A DNA stretch of 64,000 nucleotides, taken from contig CM074809.1 in assembly GCA_037447605.1 (NCBI GenBank), forward strand, positions 2,160,689 through 2,224,688, read 5' to 3'. The position numbers were made by a program, and so were the translations under genes. This document shows positions 35,041-45,235 of the stretch, one piece after another. This DNA is from Zygnema circumcarinatum SAG 698-1b (taxonomy: Eukaryota; Plantae; Zygnematophyceae). The notes beneath the pieces are model-generated. The model did no database searches, was not told where the DNA came from, and was given only the letters and a program-made list of their open reading frames with translations. Within the stretch, counting starts at the first letter, position 1; every line of letters starts with the position of its first letter.

Positions 35041-38000
35041 ATCTAAGAGCACTACGCCTAGCAGATCTCATGTTCTACAAACTGAGTACCACAACAAGTT
35101 AGTGTGTGCCATACAATGTCTAACTATCATACACTAACACTAACAATCCCCCTCTTGGGACTCAGTTCCTCATGGGCCCTAGCCCAATCAACCTGCTGTT
35201 CACTAGTAGTGTCTCCCCGCTGACCCCCTTAGTCAACATGTCTGCAGCCTGCTCTTTTGTTCCTACAAACTTCACCACTATCATCCCTTCCTCTACCAAC
35301 TCTCGCACATAATGATATTGCACCCTAATGTGCTTGGTTCTTTTATGGAACACAGGGTTTTCCATAAGAGCTATAGATGACTGGTTGTCCGTAAAAAGAG
35401 TCAATGGTGTTTGTGGTCGCTTACATTCATCAAAGAAATGTTGGAACCACATCCCCTCCTTCGCTGCGTGGCACGCTCCCATGTACTCTCCTTCGGTGCT
35501 CGACAGCGCCACCGAATCTTGTAACTTCGAGCTCCATGAGATCGCGCCTCCTCCGTTCAGGAACACAAATCCTGACGTCGATCGTGACGTGTCCACGTCA
35601 CCTCCCCAATCTGAGTCGGTGTATCCGATCACTCTAGTCGGCCCCCTCTCAAACCTGAGGCCGTAATCCAAGGTCCCTTTCACGAATCTGAAGATCCGCT
35701 TCACGGCCTCCCAATGTTCAGGACCGGGATTCTCCATGAACCGACTTGCTGAGCTCACGGCTTTCGCCAAGTCAGGACGAGTACCTATCATCAGATACAT
35801 TAAACTCCCGATTGCCGATCTGTACGGCACTCCGTACATTCTCTGTACCTCCGCATCTGTCGCAGGCATCATATCTTTCGACAATCGCGTTCCGATCTCC
35901 ATCGGACTCGAGCAAGGACGGCACTCCTCCATTTTGAACCTGGCAAGTACATCTGCGGCGTACTTCTTCTGACAAAGAAATAAGCTGCCGTCCTGCCCCC
36001 TCTTCAACTGCATTCCTAGGAGATACTGTGCCTCCCCTAGATCCGACATTTTGAAGTTAGCTTCCAAAAGCTGTTTCAAATCATTGATTCTCTCCAATGA
36101 GAGGCTCACCATTATGAGGTCGTCCACGTAGATCCCAACGTACATGAGATCCGCCTCTTCCCCTTGTCGATAGACGGAATGATCTGTCTCGAATCGCGCA
36201 AATCCGTTACTCCTCAAGAGGTCATCAATTTTCTCGTACCAAATCCTGGGCGCTTGTTTCAATCCGTACAGACTTTTCACAAGACGACAAACGAGATGCT
36301 CTTGCCCTGGGACAACTTTCCCTTCGGGCTGTACCATGTAGATCTCCTCAGCGAGATCTCCGTACAGAAACGCGGTCTTGATATCGAGTTGATGTACGTG
36401 CATCCCCTCGGCCGCTGCAATCGATATTAGGGCACGGAGGGAGTTGAACTTCACCACGGGGGCGAAGGTCTCCGTGTAGTCGATTCCGTACGCCTGGCTG
36501 AAGCCCTTCGCCACCAGACGCGCTTTGTAACGGTCGACGCTCCCGTCCGCCTTTCGCTTCACCTTGAACACCCACTTGCATCCAATGGCCCGCCTTCCCC
36601 TCGGCAGCTCCTCAAGTCGCCACGTGCCGTTCTCCAGCAAACTGTCCCACTCGCTGTCGATCGCTGCTCGCCACTTCTCTCCATCGACCCCGTCGTGCGC
36701 CTCCTCAAAGGTTTGCGGTTCGGTGATCATAAAACAGTGGGCAGCTCCCGCGAGGTCCGCTGAGTCTGTAGGCACTCTTTCCTGTACTAGGTTAGTCTGC
36801 GAAGGCCTGTAGTGATCAGGCCTCCTCACCACACGGGTGCTCCTCCGAGGTCCTTGCGCTCTCCGGCTCCTCGTGTTGAAGAAAATCCCCGGGACAAACC
36901 CGGGAGGCATGCTCGACAACATAGCCTCTTTCTCAGCCGTCTCCAAATCCTCAGACTCCTGCCCATGCAAAGGTACAGTTTCGGCCGAGTTCTCCTCGTC
37001 GGACAGGTGAGTGTGTAGTGGTGCCGTCTCCGTCGAAGGTTGCGGCTCCCCCGCTTGCGGCTCCTCGGGTTCAACTCCCACGGCCGCCTCCACGTTCGGC
37101 GTTGCTTCCGGCTCAGCTCCCGCGCTCTCAGGCGTGCTGATCTCCTCTGAGGCTGGGACCTGAGAGGCGTCCATGCCCTCTTCGCTGGTCTCCACATCCT
37201 CGTACACAATTTCCAAACTTGCCTTTGGGGTGCGGGTCTCACCTAGCCGAGTCACCGCCCCCTTCTCGTCCACCGTAACGTCTCTCGAGCTCTGCACTTC
37301 GTTTGCTCGAGGATTCCACACCCGGTAGGTGCGACTGTCCATGTTGTAGCCGAGAAGGTACCCTTCCACGGCTCGGGGGTCGAACTTTCTCTTCTGCCTC
37401 GCCTTCGGCACTGTCGACCAGCAGCGCGCTCCAAAGGTCTTCAGGTGGGACACCGTGGGTTTCCTCCCACTCCACACCTCTTCAGGAACCTGATCCTTAA
37501 GCACAGAAGATGGGCATCTATTTCTAAGGTAAGTTGCGGTCATTACCGCCTCTCCCCAAAAAGATGCCGGGAAGGGGGAATCTATCAGCATGGTCCGCGC
37601 CATGTCCCCCAACGTCCTATTGACCCTCTCAGCAGCTCCATTACTTTGAGGGGAGTAAGGAGCAGAAAATTCATGCCTTATTCCGCGAGCCTTCAAGTAC
37701 CCGCCGAACTCCTTCGACTTGAATTCCCCTCCGTTGTCTGAGCGCAGCGTCTTCAGTTTCTGACCGCTCTCTCGCTCCATCTGAGTCTGCCAATCTCTGA
37801 AAGCTCCGAAAGCTTCAGACTTGTACTTGAGAATTTTCACCCAAATTTTCCTCGAAAAATCATCAAGGAAGGTGATGAAGTAGCGAGCTCCTCCACTCGT
37901 TGCCGGTGTCACGGGGCCACACAAATCGGTATGTACCAATTCCAGTTTCTCCTGCGCGTGAAATGACTCCTCTCCACTCCTCGAAAAGGGTCTCCGATGC

Positions 38001-40115
38001 GCCTTCCCCTCTACACACTCTTTGCAAAAGCCTAGCTCCTTCTCAACTATGTCAATGTCTAACCCGCGGACCAGCCCCCTTGCAGCAAGCTGTTGCAGTC
38101 CCCTATGGTTTAGATGACCAAGTCTACGATGCCAGAGATTTACTGCACCCTCAGTTACGGCCATCACACCCTCATCTTCTTCTCTCCTATAATGAAGGTA
38201 ATATAGGCCTCCCTTCTCGTACCCCTCAAACAGCCGCTTCCCCGACTCCAAGTGAGTAGCTACGCAAGACTTCTCCTTAAAGGTGACTTCGTACCCCCTC
38301 TTACATACTTGACTGACTGACATGAAGTTCTGTTTCAGATCAGGGGTGTGAAGTACGTCACCGATGCACAACCGCTCTTCTCTTTCTTCTTCGTAGATGA
38401 CAGAGCCGTCTCCGAGGATCATCTTTACTACTCCTCCTTTTGTAACTGTCACTCCCTCTCCGGTTGCCGAGTGAACAGATCTGGTCCTCTCCAAGGTGTC
38501 CAGCGTAGAGAACATTCGCTTGTCGCCACACATGTGCGTGGAAGCGCCAGAGTCGATCAGCCATGGCCGCTTCAGATCCGCAACCTGGATCTTCCCAACA
38601 AAATCAGAATGTTCAGTCAGCATGAGATTCGTCTCCACCGCCACTCTGCAATCTGTGCTCTTGTGGCCTCGCTTCTTGCATTTGAAGCAGATTCCCTTGA
38701 ATCCCTTCTTGACGGATGACGATGCTCCCCCACCCCGATCTTGGGTGTTCTTGTTCTTGTAACAGTCGGCCGAGAAGTGGCCCGTCTTGCCGCACGTGTA
38801 ACACGCTCCCGTAGGGCGTTCCCCACGGTCTGCCCTCGGCGCACCTCCTCTTCGAACTTGTCGTGAGTGCAGCGCCAACACCTTCTCCTCGGTGCCCCCA
38901 ACGTCTTGGACAGTGTTCTCCTCCTTGATCCTCCGTTTCACTTGCTCAAGGGTCATCACGGTGTTTGTTAGAACAGTCCTAAGAGCTGCAACTGCTACAT
39001 CGAATCGGCCAGGCAGTCCCCCTAGAAACTGGCTGATTTTATGGTCTCCCTCTAACGGTTTTTGCAGCGCTATGAATCTCTCCATTAGAGTATCAAATCT
39101 GACCATATATTCACTCAGCTTCTCTTCCGAGGACATCTTCATTTTCCCAAGCTGCGTGTAGAGGCTGACTATCGTTACGTTATCCTTTACGTCATACATC
39201 TCCTCTAAGCATCTCCACATAGCATGTGAAGTCTTAAGGTCATACAGCATGGAAGAGGGACTTCCCCTCACGCTCATGACGATCTGGGTGAGGGCCTTGT
39301 TGTCCTTGGTCCTCCATCTGGCGAGCGCTGTGTCGAACTCCGACTGCTGCTCCGCCGTGGCTCCCTCCGGCTGCACCGGTGCCTTGATGGTGCCGTCAAC
39401 GTACCCCAACAGCCCCTTGCCCACAAGCAAAGGAACCAGCCGCCATCTCCACCCCTTGTAGTCCGAACCATCGAACGCTGGGATGCTGAACTTCACGTGG
39501 TCCTCCTCGCCACCTTGGGCTCTGATACCACTTGTTGAAGCAGGGGTCTGCTCCCCACTTCCGGCGCCACCTCGGGTGTCGCCCTCCATTGGAACTTGAG
39601 TTCCCACGGATGAAGACATTCAAACACTCAAAGCTCTATCTTACTTCACTCATCGCCCATAACAACAGAATGAAGCTACAAGACAAGCACAGCGGAAATC
39701 ACAATGAGAGAGTGTTAGGNNNNNNNNNNACATCGCGAGTGGTCCACGTGGCGCATTCCGGTTCGCCGCCAAATATCTTCCATGTCGTTTCCGCGCCGCA
39801 ACTTTGCGCTCCGCGTTTCGCGCCCGCGTCGCGACCAATCAGAGTCGCTCGCGTCCGTACTTCGCGAATCCGCGGCCGCGCCTCGACCAATCAAAGTTGC
39901 GCGTTCGTACTCCACTTACTTGTGTCACCGCCGCGACCAATCAGCGCCGCTCGTTCGTACTCCGCGCACTCGCGGCGCACTCACCAAAGTCAGAGCACCG
40001 ACATTACTAAATCTAAGAGCACTACGCCTAGCAGATCTCATGTTCTACAAACTGAGTACCACAACAAGTTAGTGTGTGCCATACAATGTCTAACTATCAT
40101 ACACTAACACTAACA
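35041..40115 (-). mobile_element. Ty1/copia LTR retrotransposon, apparently full length
   Basis: Partial 3' LTR 35041-35145 is identical over 105 bp to 40011-40115. PPT AAGAGGGGGAT at 35156-35146. PBS TGGTATCAGAGC at 39530-39519 follows ...CAACA-AG. The 5' LTR is therefore ~39533-40115 and contains a gap. The left end lies in a gap, so the TSD cannot be checked. Confidence 0.95.
35162..39619 (-). CDS. gag-pol: Copia Gag-Pol polyprotein, single uninterrupted 1485-aa ORF
   Basis: Two CCHC knuckles (CYTCGKTGHFSADC, CFKCKKRGHKSTDC), protease WLIDSGASTHM, LWHRRLGH...CKEC, integrase HTDLCGP/FLDD/SDNGGEF/NGAAER, RT YKARLVAKG/LDIKTAFL/IYVDDL and RNase H YTDSDW/STEGEY/TDNQS/ADMLTK, in copia order PR-IN-RT-RH. 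Confidence 0.97.
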   Translation of the reverse strand: MSSSVGTQVPMEGDTRGGAGSGEQTPASTSGIRAQGGEEDHVKFSIPAFDGSDYKGWRWRLVPLLVGKGLLGYVDGTIKAPVQPEGATAEQQSEFDTALARWRTKDNKALTQIVMSVRGSPSSMLYDLKTSHAMWRCLEEMYDVKDNVTIVSLYTQLGKMKMSSEEKLSEYMVRFDTLMERFIALQKPLEGDHKISQFLGGLPGRFDVAVAALRTVLTNTVMTLEQVKRRIKEENTVQDVGGTEEKVLALHSRQVRRGGAPRADRGERPTGACYTCGKTGHFSADCYKNKNTQDRGGGASSSVKKGFKGICFKCKKRGHKSTDCRVAVETNLMLTEHSDFVGKIQVADLKRPWLIDSGASTHMCGDKRMFSTLDTLERTRSVHSATGEGVTVTKGGVVKMILGDGSVIYEEEREERLCIGDVLHTPDLKQNFMSVSQVCKRGYEVTFKEKSCVATHLESGKRLFEGYEKGGLYYLHYRREEDEGVMAVTEGAVNLWHRRLGHLNHRGLQQLAARGLVRGLDIDIVEKELGFCKECVEGKAHRRPFSRSGEESFHAQEKLELVHTDLCGPVTPATSGGARYFITFLDDFSRKIWVKILKYKSEAFGAFRDWQTQMERESGQKLKTLRSDNGGEFKSKEFGGYLKARGIRHEFSAPYSPQSNGAAERVNRTLGDMARTMLIDSPFPASFWGEAVMTATYLRNRCPSSVLKDQVPEEVWSGRKPTVSHLKTFGARCWSTVPKARQKRKFDPRAVEGYLLGYNMDSRTYRVWNPRANEVQSSRDVTVDEKGAVTRLGETRTPKASLEIVYEDVETSEEGMDASQVPASEEISTPESAGAEPEATPNVEAAVGVEPEEPQAGEPQPSTETAPLHTHLSDEENSAETVPLHGQESEDLETAEKEAMLSSMPPGFVPGIFFNTRSRRAQGPRRSTRVVRRPDHYRPSQTNLVQERVPTDSADLAGAAHCFMITEPQTFEEAHDGVDGEKWRAAIDSEWDSLLENGTWRLEELPRGRRAIGCKWVFKVKRKADGSVDRYKARLVAKGFSQAYGIDYTETFAPVVKFNSLRALISIAAAEGMHVHQLDIKTAFLYGDLAEEIYMVQPEGKVVPGQEHLVCRLVKSLYGLKQAPRIWYEKIDDLLRSNGFARFETDHSVYRQGEEADLMYVGIYVDDLIMVSLSLERINDLKQLLEANFKMSDLGEAQYLLGMQLKRGQDGSLFLCQKKYAADVLARFKMEECRPCSSPMEIGTRLSKDMMPATDAEVQRMYGVPYRSAIGSLMYLMIGTRPDLAKAVSSASRFMENPGPEHWEAVKRIFRFVKGTLDYGLRFERGPTRVIGYTDSDWGGDVDTSRSTSGFVFLNGGGAISWSSKLQDSVALSSTEGEYMGACHAAKEGMWFQHFFDECKRPQTPLTLFTDNQSSIALMENPVFHKRTKHIRVQYHYVRELVEEGMIVVKFVGTKEQAADMLTKGVSGETLLVNSRLIGLGPMRN

Positions 40116-43000
40116 ATCCTTTCCCCTTTCCCTTCTTTTCCGTACCCTTATTCCCCTCGCCATTCCTTCCTTTCCTCTCCCTCCCCTTCCCGTCCCTTCC
40201 CTTCTCTTCCCTACCCTTCCCTCCCCTTTCTCCTCCCCGCCCACCCGCTTCCCTTCCCTCATCCATTCCCTTCTCCTTCGTCATGCCTCTTCGTCGCTCC
40301 TCTCGTTCCCCTTCCCCTTCCCACCCCCTTGCCTTGTCATCTGCTGTTGCTCTTCCCCCTCCTGTCCGTTCTTCCCCTCTTCCTTCTTCCCCTCCCGCTG
40401 CTCGCCCCAGGCCTCTCCCCCCGGGTTCCTTGTGATCATTGTGGAAATTGTTTTGGTCAGGTGCAGGTTTGTTGCTCAGCATGTCGCACATGTCCTCTTC
40501 GTCCTCCTCCATCTGGCCCCTCTTCTACTCCCTCTTCTTCTCTACCCGTCACTGCCACCCCTGGGTCTACTTTGCATGTTGGGCCTAGTCCGGCTGCTTG
40601 GGCGTATGCTCGGTCTTTAGATGTCCTTGGGTCGTTTTTTGTTGGGTCCCGTCGTCCTCGTCTTTACGCTCGTATCCCACGGGCTTTGCGTGTTTGTGTT
40701 CGTGATGCTTTGCGTTTGCCTCTTGCTCGTCTTGCGTGTGATCCATCAGATGTTGCTGCNNNNNNNNNNACGCCCGCCCCGGCCAACAACGACAATTTGG
40801 ATCGCCTTCGGACTCTCCATCCGGATGCGCCTGCGGATGTCCCTTCCTTCATCGACACTTTTGAGCCTGTCGACTCGTTTGTGCTTGATCGTGCCGCTTT
40901 CATTCGGGCGCTTACTCGCTCCCCTCATTTGTCTGCAGGGGGGCCTTCGGGCATGGTTTATGAGTTGCTTCGTGATGTGTTTTCTCCAGACACCGGGGAT
41001 AGTGGGTTTGGTTTGCTTTTTCAGCTTGCTTGTGTCATATCGCAGGGTCGTGTTCCCTCGTCCGTGAGTCATATTCTTACGTCAGCTCGTTTGGTTGCCC
41101 TTGCCAAGCCTGCAGGGGGAGTTCGCCCCATAGCCGTAGGGGAGGTTTTGTATCGCATGGTTGCTCGCGCTATGTGTTTTCAGTTACAGGGGGCCTTTCA
41201 GGATCATTTTTCCCCTTACCAGTTTGGTGTGGCGACCCCTGGGGGCTGCGAGGCCGTAGTTCATGGCATTCGTGCGACGTTGGATCTTCACCCTGATTGG
41301 GTTGTTTTGCAGGTTGATGTGACAAACGCTTTTAATACGGTGGATCGTCATGAGATTTTTCGCGAGTTACGAGAGGCCCCTGCACCGATTGCGTCCCTTT
41401 TTCCTTTTGTGCGCACATTTTATTCTCGTTCGAGCCCGCTCCTTTTTCCTCTTGGCGATGCATCTGGTGGAGTGGCGACCTTGGAGTCTGCGACCGGGAC
41501 CCGCCAAGGCGACGATACTCATATCATTGGCCCTGCTGACCAGGTCGTTGCCGCGTTTACTGATTTTACTACTCGATTGGCCGCTATGCGTTTGACGGTA
41601 AATTTGTCGAAGTGTTTTGCTTGGTCTCCGGTTGGTATCCCTTCTACCCTTTCGCTCCCTTGTGGTATCCAGACTTGTGCTGATGGAATTGGTATTCGTG
41701 TTTTAGGCTGCCCTTTCGGCGTTGCATCTTATGTTGATCGTTTTGTTGATGATGCTTTGGTTGAGGATACGTCTCAGGTCGATGAGCTTCCACATCTTTC
41801 AGATCCTCAGGTGGCTTTTTCTTTGCTTACTCGTTGTTTTGCTTTGCGTCCGTCATACCTTTTGCGAACTCTCCCTCCTAACCCTGCTTTCCTTGAGTCA
41901 TTGCAATCTTTCGATGAGCGTTTGTTTTCTGTATGTCATCGCCTTTTGGGTCCTGGTATTTTCGATCGACCGGAGGGTCCGCTTGCACGTACGCAAGCCT
42001 CGCTCCCTATTTCGGCGGGCGGTTTAGGACTCATCCCGACAATTCGTGTGGCGCCTTCTGCGTTTTTGGGTAGTTGGGCTCTCGTTGCTCCTATTTTGGC
42101 TTCGCGTTTTATTGTGGCTGATCGTCCGTTGCTTCAGTCTGTTGTCGCTCATGTTGATGATGGTGATCTTCCGTTTCAGGTTGCATTGCGTGACGCCCAT
42201 GGTTTGCTTCCTGCTAGTGCTCAGGCTCGTGCGCCCCCGTTTGTTTCGCTTGCCGTCGAGTCTGTTCCACGTGTCCAGCTCACTTTGACTGATGAGGTTG
42301 TTGCTGCTGAGTTCTCTACCCTTATTGCGGCTCTTCCTTCTGATGTTGCGCGTGCTCGGCTTCGCTCTTGTGCGGGTCCTGGGGCTGGGGCTTGGTTGGC
42401 TGTTACCCCGATATTTTCCACCCTTCGTTTGACCCCAGGCCAGTTTCAGCTTGCAGCGCGACTTCGTCTCGGGCTCCCCCATCCGCCATTGCAGGGTTCT
42501 CCTCGTTGTGTTTGTGGTGATTCGATTGATGCGCAGGGCGTTCATCTACTTCGATGTGCACACGGGGGCGAACGCATTTTGGCTCATAATGTTGTGCGCG
42601 ATGCGATTGCTGCGGTGGCTCAAGAAGCTAACTACCTTGTGCGACGGGAGCCGAGCCACCTGGTGTCCCCACGGCCGACTATTCGTGGCGAGCGCGGAGT
42701 TCGCCCTGATTTGGCTCTTATGGATGGTGCCCGGCGTATTTTTGGGGATATTGTGTTGGCCGATCCAACCCGTCGCGATTTATTGTCACGTGCAGCACAT
42801 CATGAAGGCGTGGCTGCTCGCGATGCGGCNNNNNNNNNNCAGCGTTGCCTCGCTTCTACGCTACTTCGGCGTGCTGCAGTTGTTGGTGACCGTGTTGGTG
42901 GACTTCCGCCGCTCCCTCCTCGCGACGTGCCTCACATCGGTGACCTTCGCGGCTGCTTCTAGGGCTGCGTTGTTGTGCCTAGGCGTAGTTTTCCGCTCCT
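40116..43000 (+). mobile_element. CRE-clade (RLE-type) non-LTR retrotransposon, defective
   Basis: CT-rich leader, then RT (SAGGPSG, KPAGGVRPIAVGEVLYR, QFGV, DVTNAFN, TRQGD, LGCPFG), LP...GGLGL, a C-C-H-C knuckle (CVCG...HLLRC, HNVVRD), RLE RPDL...GDIVLADP and terminal QRCLA. Stop at 42962; two N gaps; the RT lacks the segment between QGD and YxDD. Confidence 0.85.
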
Positions 43001-43604
43001 AGCTTCGTTTTATTGTGTTTCGGTCCTTTGTGACCAGTCCTTCGTGGTTCCACATTTTGCCTTTATCCATGTAAATTTGATGGCCTCGCCATCGCGAGTT
43101 CAATGAAAGTTTGCGGGACCCGAAGACTTGTACGGTCGCTAAGGCGATCCTCCATGCAATATGGACGCTATAAGCACACCACTTAGAAAGCCGGGCGCCA
43201 TCCGCGCGTCGCATCTGCGCGTCGTATTCGCGTGTCGCATGAACGACGTCGTTGGTGTCGCACGCGCGCGTTGCCGGCCACGTGGCGAACCGCCACGGGC
43301 TAGCAAGAGGGACGGGCCACGGGCTACAAACATGCCGTTTCGGGCATTGTCAACCGACAATCACAATCCCGCGATTACGAACATCGTACAAAAAAGGGCC
43401 ACATCCAGGGCTCCACAGCCTGTTGCCGGTTTCGTGCCTGTACGGTGACGTCGACGACGTTTTGATGACGAAGCGATTCAGAAACACGGTAATATCATCT
43501 TCCCCTGTTCTTTACGTCCTCCCGACATCCATTTTCTTACACTCGCCAGTCTAACAGAAGAGTTGCTGCTGATCATTCCGAGGATCCTCCTGGTCTGCTG
43601 AGGA

Positions 43605-43980
43605 TGGAACATGGAGTGGAGTGAAGGGGAGAATGGTGGAAAAATGAAGGAAGAAAAGGATGAAGAAGAAACATCGAGAGTCGAAAGAGCAGAATGGTGG
43701 AGGGGGGAAGGAAAAAAAGGAAGGGAAGTAACATGGAGTGTGATGAAGGGGAGAATGGTGGAGAAAGAAGGAAGAAGAGAAGGAGGAAGGAATTAGATTG
43801 TAGTGAAAAGGAAAATGGTGGAAGGAAGAAGGAAGAAACAGAAGGAGACAGGAACATGGAGTGTGGTGAAGGAAAGATGGTGGAAAGGAGATGGAAGAAG
43901 AAGAAAGAAGAAAAGGAGAAGTGTACTGAAGGAAGAATGGTGTATGGAAGGAAGAAGGTGGTGTTGATGGAGATGAAAGT
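43605..43980. repeat. GA-rich low-complexity tract with degenerate ~122-bp periodicity
   Basis: AACATGGAGTG recurs at ~43609, ~43730 and ~43853. Confidence 0.7.
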
Positions 43981-44268
43981 TACTAACTAACAAGTCAGTC
44001 TGTTAGCTTGTCAGGTTGTCGGGAAGTCTGTCAGTCTGTCCGTTAGTCAGTCGTCTGTCTGTCGGACAGTATGTGTGTCCGTCTGTCAGTCAGTCTGTCG
44101 GTCGTCGGGCAGTCTGCGAGTTAGTCGGTTTGTCGGTCGGTTTGTCGGCCAGTTCGCGTGTCCGTCCGTCAGTCAGTCGGCTAGTCCGCCAGTCCTCTGG
44201 ACTATAAAGACTTTGTCTGTCGGCTAGTCCGCCATTTTAAAAACCTCTTATGTGGAATTTTCGACTAA

Positions 44269-44564
44269 GATAAGGTTCGTATCTATTTTTATTTTCATAT
44301 GTAAAATGACAAATAACCATACTTTGATTTCTGAAGGACCCAGTCCTGGAGATAACGAAATTCCGAAACACCGATAAGGTTCGTATCTATGTTTATTTTC
44401 ATATGTAAAAAGACAAATAACCCTAATTTGATTTCTGAAGGACCCAGTCCTGGAGATAACGAAAATCAGAAACACCGAAAAGTTAAGTATATATGTTTAT
44501 TTTCATATGTAAAATGACAAATAACCGTACTTTGATTTCTCAAGGACCCAGTCCTCGAGATAAC
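44269..44564. repeat. 104-bp tandem repeat x~3
   Basis: ATTTTCATATGTAAAA at 44291, 44395 and 44499. Confidence 0.93.
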
Positions 44565-44874
44565 AAAGATCTAAAAGAGCTGAAATCGTCAAACTTGGAA
44601 ATCCGTATCCAAAACAGGTTCGTACTTCAATTTCTCATTCCTCCCACTTTTATAGTTTTCAGAAAGACAGAAGAGTTGTAGAGGTAAACCGGTAGGAAGA
44701 ATGGTAGAAGACAGGAGGAAGAAAAGAAAGAGAGAGAGAGAGCTTTTACCTTTTTTTTTTCCTTTTCTTTTTCTTCTTTAATAATGTTTTTGTTTTTTTC
44801 CATTATGTGAGTGTCGGCGTGTGTGTGGCTATGTCTGTATGTTTGTCTGACTGTGCGCATTCTTTTATCTGAAA

Positions 44875-45235
44875 ATAGAAAAAAAAAAAAAACAAAATAA
44901 TATTACAACAGAAGGCCTAATGTTGTAATAATTACATTGTTTTTTTTTTTTTCTCTGCGAGTGTTTTTGTGTGCGGCAGAATTTGCGTGTGTGATTTTTC
45001 TACAAATAAGAAAAAAAAAAAAACAAAATAATATTACAACAGAAGGCCTAATGTTGTAATAATTACATTGTTTTTTTTTTTTTCTCTGCGAGTGTTTTTG
45101 TGTGCGGCAGAATTTGCGTGTGTGATTTTTCTACAAATAAGAAAAAAAAAAAAAAAAAGGAAACAAACTACTACACATAGGGCCCTATGTTGTTAAGTTT
45201 GTTTTTTTTTTTTTCGACTGTGATGATGTTTGTGC
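44875..45235. repeat. ~131-bp tandem unit x3, each built on a polyA-stem-loop-polyT foldback
   Basis: TTACAAC at 44903 and 45034. Units 1-2 have ATTACAAC/GTTGTAAT arms. Unit 3 has the palindrome ACATAGGGCCCTATGT plus AAACAAACT/AGTTTGTTT arms. Confidence 0.88.

Noticed and set aside
39713-39732. TGTTAGG before the gap as the start of another LTR nested in the copia LTR
   Set aside because: No matching TSD on the other side of the gap, so it cannot be supported without gap closure.
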